Of a stretch of DNA of 64,000 bases, positions 41,187-51,772 are shown piece after piece (within the stretch, counting starts at the first letter, position 1; every line of letters begins with the position of its first letter). The notes below the pieces were generated by a model. The model searched no databases, had not been told where the DNA came from, and saw nothing but the letters and a program-made list of their open reading frames with translations. Both the position numbers and the translations under genes were made by a program. The stretch comes from Candidatus Marinacidobacterales bacterium (GTDB lineage: Bacteria > Acidobacteriota > Vicinamibacteria > Marinacidobacterales > SMYC01), in the NCBI GenBank assembly GCA_965224085.1, contig CBDCYI010000004.1:832001-896000 (forward strand). The letters are read 5' to 3'.

Positions 41187-41842
41187 GCCGGTTAGCCCGA
41201 TTTACAATCAATCAACTGTCTGGCGCGTTAGAGCCGAGCAATAAACCGGCGCTCGAGAGGGCGTTCGACTATTTGCTCGCTTTATCTCTCGGGTCCTGGG
41301 CGATCCTAGGCTGGGCCGCGACCGAAGGGCCTGTCACGCTACCCCGCATCGCGGTGTCGACGCTCCATCTGAGCGTAGCGCTCGCCATTACGCGACGCGC
41401 CCCTGTCGTGCGCATCGGTTCACCACGCGCGGTAATGGCGGCTCTCCCCGCCCTGGTGGTCGCAGGCCTCGCTTTCCGGCTAGCGGCGCCTCTCGCTGAA
41501 TGGCCCGTCTCGATCCAAGGTCTCTTTTTCTTGGGGGCCTGTATCGCCGTCACAACGTTTCTCGCGCTCGGTGACAACTTTGCAGTGCTTCCAGCACTCC
41601 GCGGCGTCGTCACCCGTGGGCCTTATGCCTACGTCCGCCACCCCGCTTACGCAGGAGAGCTCGTGATGATGCTCGCGTGCCTCTTATCCAGCCCCTCGCC
41701 CATGGCGCTCGCCGTGTTGCTGACGGCCCTACCACTCATCGGGCTGCGCATCCTCACCGAGGAGCGGCTCCTGAGCGAGGTCGAGACTTATCGCGACTAT
41801 GCGGAGCAGGTTCCCTACCGCCTCGTGCCCGGGATGTGGTGA
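41183..41842 (+). CDS. ICMT/PEMT-family membrane methyltransferase
   Basis: VTRGPYAYVRHPAY, EERLL, YRLVPG. Confidence 0.85.
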   Translation: MSRLARFTINQLSGALEPSNKPALERAFDYLLALSLGSWAILGWAATEGPVTLPRIAVSTLHLSVALAITRRAPVVRIGSPRAVMAALPALVVAGLAFRLAAPLAEWPVSIQGLFFLGACIAVTTFLALGDNFAVLPALRGVVTRGPYAYVRHPAYAGELVMMLACLLSSPSPMALAVLLTALPLIGLRILTEERLLSEVETYRDYAEQVPYRLVPGMW

Positions 41843-41927
41843 GCTCGAAAGGGTGTAAATTGCCGGCCGCTGCGGTACCATGGATTCATACTCCCGCAAC
41901 TTGTCGAGAGCTCGAAAATCCACGCCA

Positions 41928-43481
41928 ATGGCACTCAACGGACGTCTAGAAGACCTGAACCTTCTGGAGATTCTCCAGATCATCGCCTTCTCGAAAAAAA
42001 CGGGGACGCTAAAGGTCGAGAGCACACTTGCGAGCGGCGCGGTGCTGTTCCAGGACGGAGTCGTCCTCTGTGCTTTCTCGACGTCCACCACGCCAGTCGT
42101 GAGTCCGCTCGCAGGCATGACGCTCAACGAATCTCGCGCGCTCCTATTGCAGGACGAGATCCGTATCGCACTTCGAGAGCTCGTCGCGCTTCGCGAAGGG
42201 CAGTTCGAGTTCTCTCTCACCTCCGAGCCTCCGACGCATTTCGAGGGAATGGACATCAGCCGCTTCATCGTGGCGGGTGGTGCCGACCCGCAAGCGCTCA
42301 TGCTCGAGCTCGCGCGAGATCTCGACACCGCGCGCAAGGACAGCACGTTTCTGCTCGAATCGACCGAGGAGATGGCGCAGCACATCGAGCGCGAGCAGAA
42401 CGGCGGACGCATGCCGCAGCTCCTCGAGCGTCCGGAAATCAACGTTCTCCTCGTCGACGACGAGCCGAAGGTGCTCGACATCGTCGGTACAGAGCTCAAA
42501 CGGTCTGGCTGCTCTGTGATCACGGCAAGCTCGGCCGCCGAAGCGCTCGAGCAGCTCAAAAACCTAGTTTCGGAAACCACCGCCGTCCTCGTGACGGATG
42601 TCGCGATGCCGAGCTCGGGCGGTGGTAGTTTCGAAGGCGGTTTCGAGGTCGTCGAAAAGCTCAAAGAGCTCACCGAAGGTCGCGGCCTCGCGATGCTCAT
42701 TACCGAAAGCCTTTCTTCGGAGGCACGCGCGCGTGCCAGGAAACTCGGCGTCCGCAAGGTCGCTTTCAAGCCCGCGCTCACGAAGCTCGATGACGACGAA
42801 TATGTCGCAGATTTGGAGTCGTTCACGAAAATCCTCCTACACGAGCTCTACAAGCTCGCGGCGCATGCGGATTCCAGTGCCGCCGAGCCCAGCGTTCCCG
42901 AGCGCAATGACGACCTGATGTTCGACTACTTGAAGACCATGACGGAGCAACTCAAAAACACGAATCAGAGCATCGCGAGGCCGGTGCTCCGTGTGGGCGC
43001 CAAACATTGCGAGCGTACGGTGCTATTCACCGTCAAAGGCCCTCGAGTGCATGCTTTCGCGGCCTTCCGGAACGGCACCTCGACCAAAGGCGCTACCAAG
43101 ACTGTGAAGGGCTTGACCTTCGAACTTCAAGCCGTGCACCCGTTCGCCGAAGTCGTCTACTCGAGAAGCGGCGCTTCCGGAAGCCACGACGCAAACGCTT
43201 TGCCGTCCGGCTTCGATCGAGGGCGAGCCAAGGTGTACGAGCTTCTACCGATCTTGAATAATAACGAAGTAGTGTCGGTCGTCCTGTGCGACAACCCGAA
43301 TTCAGGGGGACCGCCCGGAAATCTCGCCGGCCTCGCACTCTTTCTCACGCAGGCGGGTATGGCGATGGAGAATGCCGCGCTGCACAAGAAACTGCGCTCG
43401 GTCGAAGACCGCTATTCTTTGGAAAATCAAGGTCCGCTGACCCAAGAGCCAAACCGAGTCGTTCGGGACCGACGGTCATGA
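41928..43481 (+). CDS. DUF4388 plus response-regulator receiver protein
   Basis: GRLEDLNLLEILQII..SKKTGTL; LLVDDE; TDVAMP. Confidence 0.85.
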   Translation: MALNGRLEDLNLLEILQIIAFSKKTGTLKVESTLASGAVLFQDGVVLCAFSTSTTPVVSPLAGMTLNESRALLLQDEIRIALRELVALREGQFEFSLTSEPPTHFEGMDISRFIVAGGADPQALMLELARDLDTARKDSTFLLESTEEMAQHIEREQNGGRMPQLLERPEINVLLVDDEPKVLDIVGTELKRSGCSVITASSAAEALEQLKNLVSETTAVLVTDVAMPSSGGGSFEGGFEVVEKLKELTEGRGLAMLITESLSSEARARARKLGVRKVAFKPALTKLDDDEYVADLESFTKILLHELYKLAAHADSSAAEPSVPERNDDLMFDYLKTMTEQLKNTNQSIARPVLRVGAKHCERTVLFTVKGPRVHAFAAFRNGTSTKGATKTVKGLTFELQAVHPFAEVVYSRSGASGSHDANALPSGFDRGRAKVYELLPILNNNEVVSVVLCDNPNSGGPPGNLAGLALFLTQAGMAMENAALHKKLRSVEDRYSLENQGPLTQEPNRVVRDRRS

Positions 43482-43843
43482 GAGAGAAAAGAAGAATGCC
43501 ACGCGTTGGCCCGTTGGTGATCAAGGCGCAGGTCGATGTCGACGGAAAAAAACGCGATGCGTTCCTCACGAACCTCAGCAGCAGTGGGGGTTTTCTCGCG
43601 ATGGACGATCCGCCAGGCGACGGCACCGAACTCCACGTGTGGGCGCTTCTTCCGTGGCGGCTCGGCGAGCTGCGGGCCCATGCCCGTGTTGTCTGGCACC
43701 ACCATGAACGGGAAACTTGTGACAGCGCCCAAGCGGAAATCGCGGGTGTCGGCATCATGTTTACAGAGCTCGAGCGAGGCTCGGCCGAGCTCCTCGAGCG
43801 CTATCTCGCACGATTTGCCGAGCTCGCCGCTCAGATAGACTAG
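43478..43843 (+). CDS. PilZ-domain protein
   Basis: RRMPR, NLSSSG, GVGIMF. Confidence 0.85.
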   Translation: MREKRRMPRVGPLVIKAQVDVDGKKRDAFLTNLSSSGGFLAMDDPPGDGTELHVWALLPWRLGELRAHARVVWHHHERETCDSAQAEIAGVGIMFTELERGSAELLERYLARFAELAAQID

Positions 43844-43910
43844 AGGCCTGGGTAAAACTCAAAGCGATGGAACCTCCCGGATTCTGACAGCATATCGGCG
43901 AGAGGGACCG

Positions 43911-45072
43911 CTAGACCATCAAGCCGATGTTCTTGCTGCGATAGCCCGGAAAGAGTGCGCTCGTATCGCGGAGCGCGAGAGCGCTCTTGGCAACTTCGGC
44001 GAAAACGTCTCGGAAATCGGTTGTTACCGGAAGGTCCCGACCTTCGTAGAGGTTTCGGCGCTCGAGTCCGAGCCAATCGCCGTGAACGCGCCCGCCCCGC
44101 ACCCCGGCGCCGAGGACCATCATCGTCGAGCCGTGCCCATGATCCGTACCGCCAGCACCGTTGGCAGCCACGGTGCGCCCGAACTCCGTAACCGTCAGCA
44201 CGGTGACGGGCACGTCCGGTCCCACGTCTTCATAAAAAGCGGCTAGCGACCCCGACAGCCTGCCCAAAAGATTCGCCATCGATCCCGTCGCCGCGCCTTG
44301 CCGGAAGTGGGTATCCCATCCACTGCTCTCGACGAAAGCGACACGAACGCCTAGTCCAGACTTGAGAAGCTGCGCCAGCTGCTTCAGGGGATTCTCACCG
44401 CGCCCTCCTGGGTAGCGCACGCCCGTCCGAGGCGGCAGCGCGAGCGGGTCTCGCTCGCGAAACAACGTTACGGCTCGCGACGCCTCGGTGCCCGCGGACG
44501 CGAAAGTCGCGCTCGCGTCTTCGCGGTAGAGTTTCTCGAGCCGTTCGGCGAGCGCGCTCTGGCCGCGCGGGATCTCGAGCGAGCTAAAGTCCTCGAGCGC
44601 TATCGTATCTAGAGCGCCCGCGAGCGCCCGCGGCAGTTGAGGGGTTAGCGCCACCGCGTTGAAGGGGCTTGGCGCTTCGGCACCGGAAGGTTGCCGCCCA
44701 CCGAGCTCGATGAGCACGCGCGCCAACCAGCCATCTCGCGTCGACTTTTTTCCCGGCGTTCCCGACTCCATATAGTCCTGGGCGTCGAAGTGCGAGCGTG
44801 TCGGATCCGGCGAGCCCGTATTCACAACGACTCCGAGCCGTCCCGCACGATACAGCGGGTAGAGAGGAGACAACGCGGGATGGAAAGCGAAGCCCTCGCC
44901 GAGATCCAAAGTCGGGTTCTCCCCTCTTCCCGGCTGCGCCACGCTGAAACACTACGACCAAGATGCCAGGTTTCGCCCCGGCACGCGCTTCGAGTGCCGC
45001 GCCGCCAAGAAGAAGCAGCGTGGACCCACCCATTCTAAGGAACTCGCGCCGATCCCATCGATGTTGCACCAT
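43911..45072 (-). pseudogene. DUF1501 protein (Tat signal) with an out-of-frame internal deletion near 44935
   Basis: RREFL...FQRGAA, then a frame change to PGRGENPTLDL. Also RSHFDAQ, GWDTH, EFGRT, GTDHG. Confidence 0.85.
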
Positions 45073-45087
45073 CACTCGATCTCCTCT

Positions 45088-45188
45088 ATATGCGTAGTGC
45101 TCGGTCGCTCTTCGCTCCCTCGCTCGGCGTGCCGCCGGCGCACTCGCGCCGGACTCGCTACGCTCGCGGCACTTTGCACAAGACTTCC
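45088..45188 (-). repeat. Dispersed REP/MITE-like element (copy B)
   Basis: GCTCGGTCGCTCTTCGCTCCCTCGC...CTCGCTACGCTCGCG matches the reverse complement of copy A. Confidence 0.55.
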
Positions 45189-45198
45189 CATCACCTTG

Positions 45199-46842
45199 TT
45201 ACTGGCGCTGAAAGGCCGGGCTCGACAGAAAAAAGGCCAGCTGCTCGACCGACGTAAGGCTCTCGTCAACAGGCAGCGTATCGGGCCGGAGCAGAATTTT
45301 GCGCCCCCAGGCTCCGAAATCCCTCGGCAGCTCTCCCGGCGTCGCGCCGGGCAAACGGCCGTTGGCGAGATCGGTCGCGAAACGGACGCGAGTGAGGACG
45401 CTCCCGGCTCCAAGCCACGAGGCCGCTTGCTCGTCGTAGCCCGTGGGTGGCTGACATAGGTAAAGAGGCATCCCGAGCTCCGCTACCGTGCGTGCCAGAG
45501 CCGGGCCTCGCACCCGAGCCCCTGTCGCCCGCAATGCGCTCGCGACGAGCTCGAGCGGCGTTTTGACCTTTTCACCCGCCATCCCTTCTTCGACGAAGCG
45601 CTTCGAGTAGAACATCGTGCGGAGCACTTGCCGGATATCACCTCGTGTGCGCAGAAACGTCGCGGACATCTCGTCGACGAGAGCGTCGGACGGGGTATCC
45701 GAAACGAACTTCTGAGCGAGCTTGGTCGAGACGAAACGCGCCGTCGATGGATGGCGGGCGAGAAGCGTGATGACGGCATAGCCAGCATCGATCCCGTTAG
45801 GCCCGTTAGGACCACGCACCCCACCTTCTTCAATGCGCTCTCCGAGAATGGTCTTGACGCCATCATCGTGGGCGAGCTCGTTGAAGAAGAAGCTTCCTTC
45901 ATCCGGGAGCGTGCGAAGGGCCTCCGGCATCCTTGTTCGACCCATGCGCTCTTCGATTCTTTCTTTCACGCGCACGGCTTGCGGGCCGACGACGGACCAG
46001 CCGGTGAGCGCGCGAGCCACTTCGACGACATCTTTCTGTTGGTAGCCGCCATCCACGCCCAAGGTGTGGAGCTCCATGAGCTCCCGCGCATAGTTCTCGT
46101 TGATGCCGCTACTCCGTGAAGCTTTCTCGTCCACGTCGCGCCCCCGCCCACCGCGACGTCCGAGCTGGACGAGCAGTGCCTCCCGCGGGTCGAAACCGTC
46201 TTTCGTATTCACCCAGTTGTCGAGATAGAAGAGCATCGACGGATGCTCGGCCGTCGCCGTGAGCAAATCCTCGAAGCGGCCCAAGGCGTGAGGCCGTATC
46301 ACGTCGCGCTCGTAGGACGGAACCGTCAGAAGCGTGTTCCGGTTCTTTCGCGCATAGACATTGAAGTGGTTGAACCAGAAGTCGGTCATGACCTCCTGGA
46401 GCTGTCGTTCGGAATGGACCGCCCGATAGAGCTTCGCTTCCCAGAGCTCACGCAGAACGCGACCGCGGCGGTCGCGCGGCGGTCCCGAAGGAGCGTCCGA
46501 GGATCGCGCCTCGAGCATCGCTTCGCGCTCCGCCCGGCTCGGCTGCGGGTACTTGCGCATCAGCTCCGTCGTGGATAGCTGCAGGTTCTCGAGTTTCCCG
46601 ATGCGTGTCAGCACCGCGCTATCGTCGATACGCTCCGGCTCGAGCTGCCCTTCCAGCCAAGCCTTCGTGCCTTTGGCAAGGACCGCATCCAAATCGCCCG
46701 GTCGCGCTCCGTACGTGGCGCGTGACAGCAGGATCCTCGCCCTCGTAACTTCATCGCCCGACGGCCCCGCGACCCCGAGCCCCGAGGCGAACAGACAAGC
46801 TGCGAGAGGTAGTGCAACGATTGGCATCCGTTTCGCAGTCAT
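45199..46842 (-). CDS. DUF1800 protein
   Basis: FWFNHFNV, MLFYLDN, NENYARELMELHTLG. Confidence 0.92.
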   Translation of the reverse strand: MTAKRMPIVALPLAACLFASGLGVAGPSGDEVTRARILLSRATYGARPGDLDAVLAKGTKAWLEGQLEPERIDDSAVLTRIGKLENLQLSTTELMRKYPQPSRAEREAMLEARSSDAPSGPPRDRRGRVLRELWEAKLYRAVHSERQLQEVMTDFWFNHFNVYARKNRNTLLTVPSYERDVIRPHALGRFEDLLTATAEHPSMLFYLDNWVNTKDGFDPREALLVQLGRRGGRGRDVDEKASRSSGINENYARELMELHTLGVDGGYQQKDVVEVARALTGWSVVGPQAVRVKERIEERMGRTRMPEALRTLPDEGSFFFNELAHDDGVKTILGERIEEGGVRGPNGPNGIDAGYAVITLLARHPSTARFVSTKLAQKFVSDTPSDALVDEMSATFLRTRGDIRQVLRTMFYSKRFVEEGMAGEKVKTPLELVASALRATGARVRGPALARTVAELGMPLYLCQPPTGYDEQAASWLGAGSVLTRVRFATDLANGRLPGATPGELPRDFGAWGRKILLRPDTLPVDESLTSVEQLAFFLSSPAFQRQ

Positions 46843-46943
46843 GCAGTTAAGACCGGAAGGGGCCCCAAGAGTTTAACCCTGAAGCGAAGAAAAAACCTCC
46901 GGAGGGCGCTCAGTTGCCAGTCGTCAGGATCCTGAATGCTGAT

Positions 46944-47417
46944 CTAGCTTCGTGCCGCTTTCTTTCCCGACTTCGTTCGCGAGCGACTACACTTCTGGCA
47001 GCGGCCGAAAATCTGATGTCGGTGCGACTCGATCGCGAATCCATAAGCGTCGGCAATCTCGTCTTGGAGTCTCTCGATATCCGGGCTCAAGAACTCGAGA
47101 ATAGTGCCGCATTCCGTGCAGATCATGTGATCGTGATGGGCATGGAGAAATTTGTGCTCGAAGCGGGTGAGGCCGTCTCTGAGCTCGATCGCCTCGGCGA
47201 GCTGCGCGTCCACGAAGACTTTCAGCGCACGGTAAATCGTCGTTCGCCCTATGCGGGGATGCTTTCGGCGAATGACGCGATATAGATCATCCACGGTCAT
47301 GTGGCCGCTCGTATCGAGAAAATGCCGCAGCACGATTTCCCGCGGCTTCGAGTGTTTCAGGCCGTGCTTCGTGAGATAGTCGTCGAGGACTTGGTACTCC
47401 TCGCGCGGTTCCGCCAT
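46944..47417 (-). CDS. fur: Fur-family regulator
   Basis: TIYRAL, HHDHMICTECG, C-terminal CQKC. Confidence 0.9.
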   Translation of the reverse strand: MAEPREEYQVLDDYLTKHGLKHSKPREIVLRHFLDTSGHMTVDDLYRVIRRKHPRIGRTTIYRALKVFVDAQLAEAIELRDGLTRFEHKFLHAHHDHMICTECGTILEFLSPDIERLQDEIADAYGFAIESHRHQIFGRCQKCSRSRTKSGKKAARS

Positions 47418-47428
47418 GGGCGCCTATC

Positions 47429-47752
47429 TTAGTCGAAATCGACGGCTTCGATCGCTTCTGCGGTGACGCGGGAATGAGAGCCATTCCAGACGACCTCGCC
47501 ATCCCTGAGCACGAGCAGTTGAGGCGACTCGTGTCGGATTCCGGTCTTTTCCTCGATGTAGTCGGAGACGGTCCGAGCGCCGAGAACCTCGACTTTATGG
47601 ATGCGCCGCCCCGGGTGCTCCGAAAGGAACTTCTCGACTTCGCCGTGAGCGCGCGCGCTGATCCCGCACTTAGAGCTATGTTTGAACACGATCGCGAGCG
47701 GCTTATCGAGCAAGCGGTCGAACGCTTCGATCTCGTAAAGTGATTCCAGCAC
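47429..47752 (-). CDS. ytxJ: YtxJ/BrxC-family monothiol bacilliredoxin
   Basis: FKHSSKCGIS, IRHESPQ, WNGSH. Confidence 0.85.
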   Translation of the reverse strand: MLESLYEIEAFDRLLDKPLAIVFKHSSKCGISARAHGEVEKFLSEHPGRRIHKVEVLGARTVSDYIEEKTGIRHESPQLLVLRDGEVVWNGSHSRVTAEAIEAVDFD

Positions 47753-47836
47753 GTTTCTATTTTGGCGCACGCCTTTGCTCTTGACAAACAGCTCCCACCA
47801 CTCTTAGTTTCAACTAGATCATATACGGGAGCAAAC

Positions 47837-47941
47837 ATGGGACGGACGAAAACCGAAGGGCTTCACGGAACGCTCGAGCGGCTCGGCGTCCGCGTCGCCG
47901 AGGCGGAGCTCGTCTACAATGACGCGCGGAGGACGACATGA
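47837..47941 (+). pseudogene. Possible deleted PadR-type regulator (34 codons)
   Basis: MGRTKTEGLHGTLE resembles an acidobacterial PadR N-terminus. It has a GGGAG RBS, and its stop overlaps the next ATG. Confidence 0.35.
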
Positions 47942-48414
47942 AGCGTTGGCTCTTGGGCTCGTTCTTGCTGCTTCTCGTCGGCAGTGCCTGCTACTTTTTC
48001 GGTTATGCGCGCGGTAGCGCCGCGATCACTCCGAAGGAGCAGGAGGCACTCGAGCGCGCTTTCGCCCGCTCGATGCGTGGGGTCGTTCTGGAAGGCTCGT
48101 TCACCGTCGACGACTCCGAGCGCGAACCCTCGACCGAGCGTTACACGGTGGAGCGCGTCGAGAAAGTCGGCGGCGACATCTGGCTCTTCCACGCGCGACT
48201 CCAGTTTGGCGAGACCGACATGAGCTTGCCCGTCCCTGTCAAGCTTCTATGGGCGGGAGACACGCCCGTTGTGAGCCTTACGGACGCGTCCATACCCGGA
48301 CTCGGCACCTATTCCGCCCGCATCGTGTTCTTCCGCGATCGTTATGCCGGACTGTGGTCCAACCCGCGCACGGGCGGACATCAGTTCGGCAAAATCACCC
48401 ATGAGAACGATTAA
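47938..48414 (+). CDS. Hypothetical exported protein
   Basis: N-terminal hydrophobic segment, GGAGG RBS, coding-like composition. Confidence 0.7.
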   Translation: MKRWLLGSFLLLLVGSACYFFGYARGSAAITPKEQEALERAFARSMRGVVLEGSFTVDDSEREPSTERYTVERVEKVGGDIWLFHARLQFGETDMSLPVPVKLLWAGDTPVVSLTDASIPGLGTYSARIVFFRDRYAGLWSNPRTGGHQFGKITHEND

Positions 48415-48637
48415 GCCCGTGTCCGCGTCGTCCTGGCTTCCGCGCCCAAAAAAGCAACGAAATCAACAATTTGGAAAAATCGCTCCGCTTCACCGACGCC
48501 ATTGTTTGCTAGCATTGTTTCGCTTGCTTTGCCCGTCCGATCGCGTGTAAGTTAGTGTAGCTCTGAAGGTAAAGGATTGGTTGCATCCGTACGGCCGTCG
48601 TGTTTCATATGCGTTGGCCAGGGTGATTGTGGCTCAA

Positions 48638-49177
48638 GTGAACAACCACCGCCTAGAAGGCGGTGGCTTCAAGGGCTGTCAATTGGAAATTGACTGTCGT
48701 CGTGAAGAGGCTCGCCATCCTGGGAGTCTATGTACTCCTTTACCATCTCGTCCGTTATGCTTCCTGAACTCACCGCCAGATATCCTCGGGCCCAGAAGTG
48801 CCGGCCCCAAAACTTCTTCCTCAGGTGAGCAAACTCCTGAAGGAGTACTCGGGAGCTTATTCCTTTTAGCCACTGCACGATCGTACTCAGGTCCTGGTGT
48901 GGTCGGTAGGATACGAACACGTGGACGTGGTCGCGTGCAACCTTACCCGAGATTATGTGCAGCTCATGTTCCATCGCGATCTGACGAATCAGATCGCGCA
49001 CACGAACCGCTACTGGACCGATCAAAACCTTTTTACGATATTTCGGTATCCAAACGATGTGCGCTTTTAGGTCCGTTTTCGTGTGCGCTCCGTGCCTGTA
49101 GTGACGCACGCGACCACAATACCACGATCTTCTCTTCGCCTAAAGGCGAGGGGTTTCGACCATCCCCGGAAGAGACA
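48638..49177 (-). mobile_element. tnpA: IS200/IS605-family element, tnpA only (copy 2; tnpA 48669-49109)
   Basis: Same sequence, same ends and same TTAG target as copy 1. Confidence 0.92.
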
Positions 49178-49256
49178 CTAACTCTTCCGGGGTCTCGGCA
49201 TCGACCCCGCCCACTCTCGCGCACCAACGACACAGGATCTATTTAAGGAGGATCAT

Positions 49257-50459
49257 ATGACGCTTACGCGCCGTGCGTTTTTTCGCACAGTAGGACCAGG
49301 AGCCGGCGCCCCGTCCCATGCGATGATCACTGCTCGCGGTCGGGAGGCTCTGGAAGGCGAATTCGGTTCTGTCGAGGCGGGCCTCATTCCACCAGCCGAC
49401 GTAGATGAAGTTCGCCTGAGCAGCAACGAGAATCCGCTCGGACCTGGACCATCCGCGATTCAAGCGATTCGCGACAATGCGGATCAGTCCAACCGTTATC
49501 CGTTGAACAGCCTGATCACGGATCGCGCTGTGCGGGCACGCCTCGCCGAGCAATTCGACGATGCGAGCGCCGACAACATCGTGATCGCTCCTGGCTCCGG
49601 CGAGATTCTTCGCAACTGCGTTCGCGCTTTCACGAGCCCGGGCCGTCCTCTCGTGACTGCGGAGTGCTCGTACGAAAGCCCCACGAGAACGGCTGCGTAT
49701 TTCGATGTGCCCGTCAAGACGGTCCCGAATGCGGCCGACCTCGGGCTCGACCTCGACAAGATGGCCGGTGCGGCCATTGGCGCCGGCCTTGTGTTCTTGT
49801 GCAACCCGAACAACCCGACGGGCACGGCACACAGCCGTAGCGACGTCAACGACTTCGTGCGTTACGTCACGAAGGCGTCCCCGTTCACCTATATCCTCGT
49901 GGACGAAGCCTACCATGAATATGTGACGAAGCCGTCTTATTCCACCGCGGCAGAGCTCGCATTGACGCATCGCAACGTCCTCGTTGCGCGCACTTTCTCG
50001 AAAGCTTTCGGGATGGCTGGGCTACGTCAAGGTTGGACGCTCGCGACGAAAGAGACCGCTGCCAAGATTCGCGCTTACAAGCTCACCTTCGGGACCAACA
50101 TCCTCGGGCTCGCCGCCATTATGGGGGCGCTCGACGACCCTGAGCATTTGAAGAAAGAAGTCAAGCGCAACACCGAAGTTCGCAAGTTCACGATGGAGTT
50201 CTTCCGCAGCCATGGCTATTGGGTCTCGGACAGCCAGACCAACTTCATGTTTGCGAAAACGAACATGCCGGCGAAAGATTTCCGCGAAGCTTGTGCGAAG
50301 CACAAGGTTTTGGTAGGTCGCGACTTCCCGCCTTACGAGAAGACGCATGCCCGCATCTCGATCGGCACCATGGACGAGATGAAGCGCGCCACGGAAGTGT
50401 TCGCCGAGGTGCTTGGTATTACGGCTACTGATGCTGGCGCTGGCGCTGGCAGCAACTAA
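49257..50459 (+). CDS. HisC-like class I/II aminotransferase with a Tat signal
   Basis: TRRAFF, SSNENPLGP, CNPNNPTG, DEAY, RTFSKAFGMAGLR. Confidence 0.88.
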   Translation: MTLTRRAFFRTVGPGAGAPSHAMITARGREALEGEFGSVEAGLIPPADVDEVRLSSNENPLGPGPSAIQAIRDNADQSNRYPLNSLITDRAVRARLAEQFDDASADNIVIAPGSGEILRNCVRAFTSPGRPLVTAECSYESPTRTAAYFDVPVKTVPNAADLGLDLDKMAGAAIGAGLVFLCNPNNPTGTAHSRSDVNDFVRYVTKASPFTYILVDEAYHEYVTKPSYSTAAELALTHRNVLVARTFSKAFGMAGLRQGWTLATKETAAKIRAYKLTFGTNILGLAAIMGALDDPEHLKKEVKRNTEVRKFTMEFFRSHGYWVSDSQTNFMFAKTNMPAKDFREACAKHKVLVGRDFPPYEKTHARISIGTMDEMKRATEVFAEVLGITATDAGAGAGSN

Positions 50460-50518
50460 ACGACGCCCAAATGAGCAAACTATCTGTGAACGAGTTTAGA
50501 GAAACTGAGGAGGTTGCT

Positions 50519-51697
50519 ATGTCGCAATCGCGACGTGATTTCGTGAAGAACTTGGGCGTCGGTGCTGCCGGAGCTTACGCGGCTACGCTCATCAGCACGC
50601 GCAAACAGGAGTCCATCGCCTTCGCTGCCGAAGCCGGGCTCCCCGTGGACGACGTGATAAACCTCGCCAATAACGAGAACCCGATGGGCCCCGGAAAACC
50701 GGTGCTCGACGCCATTGACCGAGCGCTCGGCGGGCACGGCGAAAAGCCGGGCCGCTACCCGTTCCCCTATGCGACACCGCTCAACGAAGCGATCGCCGCA
50801 AAATGGAACGTGAAGCCAGACAACGTGCTCGTAGGCGCGGGCTCGACTCAGATCCTCGTCAACGCGACCCACACGTACACATCGAACCAGAGAGCTCTCG
50901 TGGGCTCGCTTCCAACTTATGAGGAATGCTTCGGCTACGCGTCTCTCGCCGGCCACAAGACGAAAGCGGTTCCGCTTACGAGCAACTACTCGACGGATCT
51001 CGACCAGACGTTCTACGCTTGCAAAGGCGCAGGGATGCTCTTCTATTGCAACCCGAACAACCCGGTAGCCTCGCTCGTCGATCCCGCCGAAAGCAAGGAG
51101 TTCATCCCGCGTGTTCTCAAGATGAACAAAGACCTTCGGATCCTCGTGGACGAAGCGTATATCGACTACGTCACCACGCCGGGCCACGAGACGATGATTC
51201 CGCAGGCGATCGCGAATCCGCGTCTTATCGTCGCGCGCACCTTCTCGAAAGCTTATGGAATGGCCGGACTTCGCATCGGCTACGCCATCGCGCACGAAGA
51301 CACGGTCAAAGAGCTCACCAAGTTCCACATGGGCAACTCGGTGTCGAGCTTGAGCTATGCCGCCGCCATCGCAGCGTTGGAACGGGACGCGAGCGATCCG
51401 AGCTTCATCCCGAACGAGGAAAATCGGAACAACGAAGCGCGCAGCTTCACGCGCAAGTGGTTCCACGATCACGGGTACAAGGACACCGACGCCCAGACCA
51501 ACTTCCTGTTCGTCGACGTCCAAATGCCCATCGAAGACTTCCAGGGAGCCTGCCGCAAGCAAGGCGTCCGCGTCGGCCGTCCGTTCCCGCCGCTGTGGAC
51601 GCATTGCCGCATCTCCATCGGCACGATGGACGAGATGCAAAAGGCCGTCAAGGTCTTCGACAAGGTTCTGAGCGCGGCCAAGTCACAGGCTGCGTAG
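50519..51697 (+). CDS. Second HisC-like aminotransferase with a Tat signal
   Basis: SRRDFVK, NENPMGP, CNPNNP, DEAY, RTFSKAYGMAGLRIGY. Confidence 0.88.
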   Translation: MSQSRRDFVKNLGVGAAGAYAATLISTRKQESIAFAAEAGLPVDDVINLANNENPMGPGKPVLDAIDRALGGHGEKPGRYPFPYATPLNEAIAAKWNVKPDNVLVGAGSTQILVNATHTYTSNQRALVGSLPTYEECFGYASLAGHKTKAVPLTSNYSTDLDQTFYACKGAGMLFYCNPNNPVASLVDPAESKEFIPRVLKMNKDLRILVDEAYIDYVTTPGHETMIPQAIANPRLIVARTFSKAYGMAGLRIGYAIAHEDTVKELTKFHMGNSVSSLSYAAAIAALERDASDPSFIPNEENRNNEARSFTRKWFHDHGYKDTDAQTNFLFVDVQMPIEDFQGACRKQGVRVGRPFPPLWTHCRISIGTMDEMQKAVKVFDKVLSAAKSQAA

Positions 51698-51736
51698 CCA
51701 CCGTCCACCGTCCACCGTCAAGGACAAGGACAAGGG

Positions 51737-51772
51737 CTGCCGCTCCCGCAATGGGGGCGGCAGTTTTTGTTG
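51737..51772 (+). terminator. Rho-independent terminator
   Basis: CTGCCGCTCCC-GCAAT-GGGGGCGGCAG-TTTTTGTT. Confidence 0.85.

Noticed and set aside
48581-49246. 221-aa plus-strand ORF
   Set aside because: It is the antisense frame of IS200 copy 2 with no independent coding evidence.
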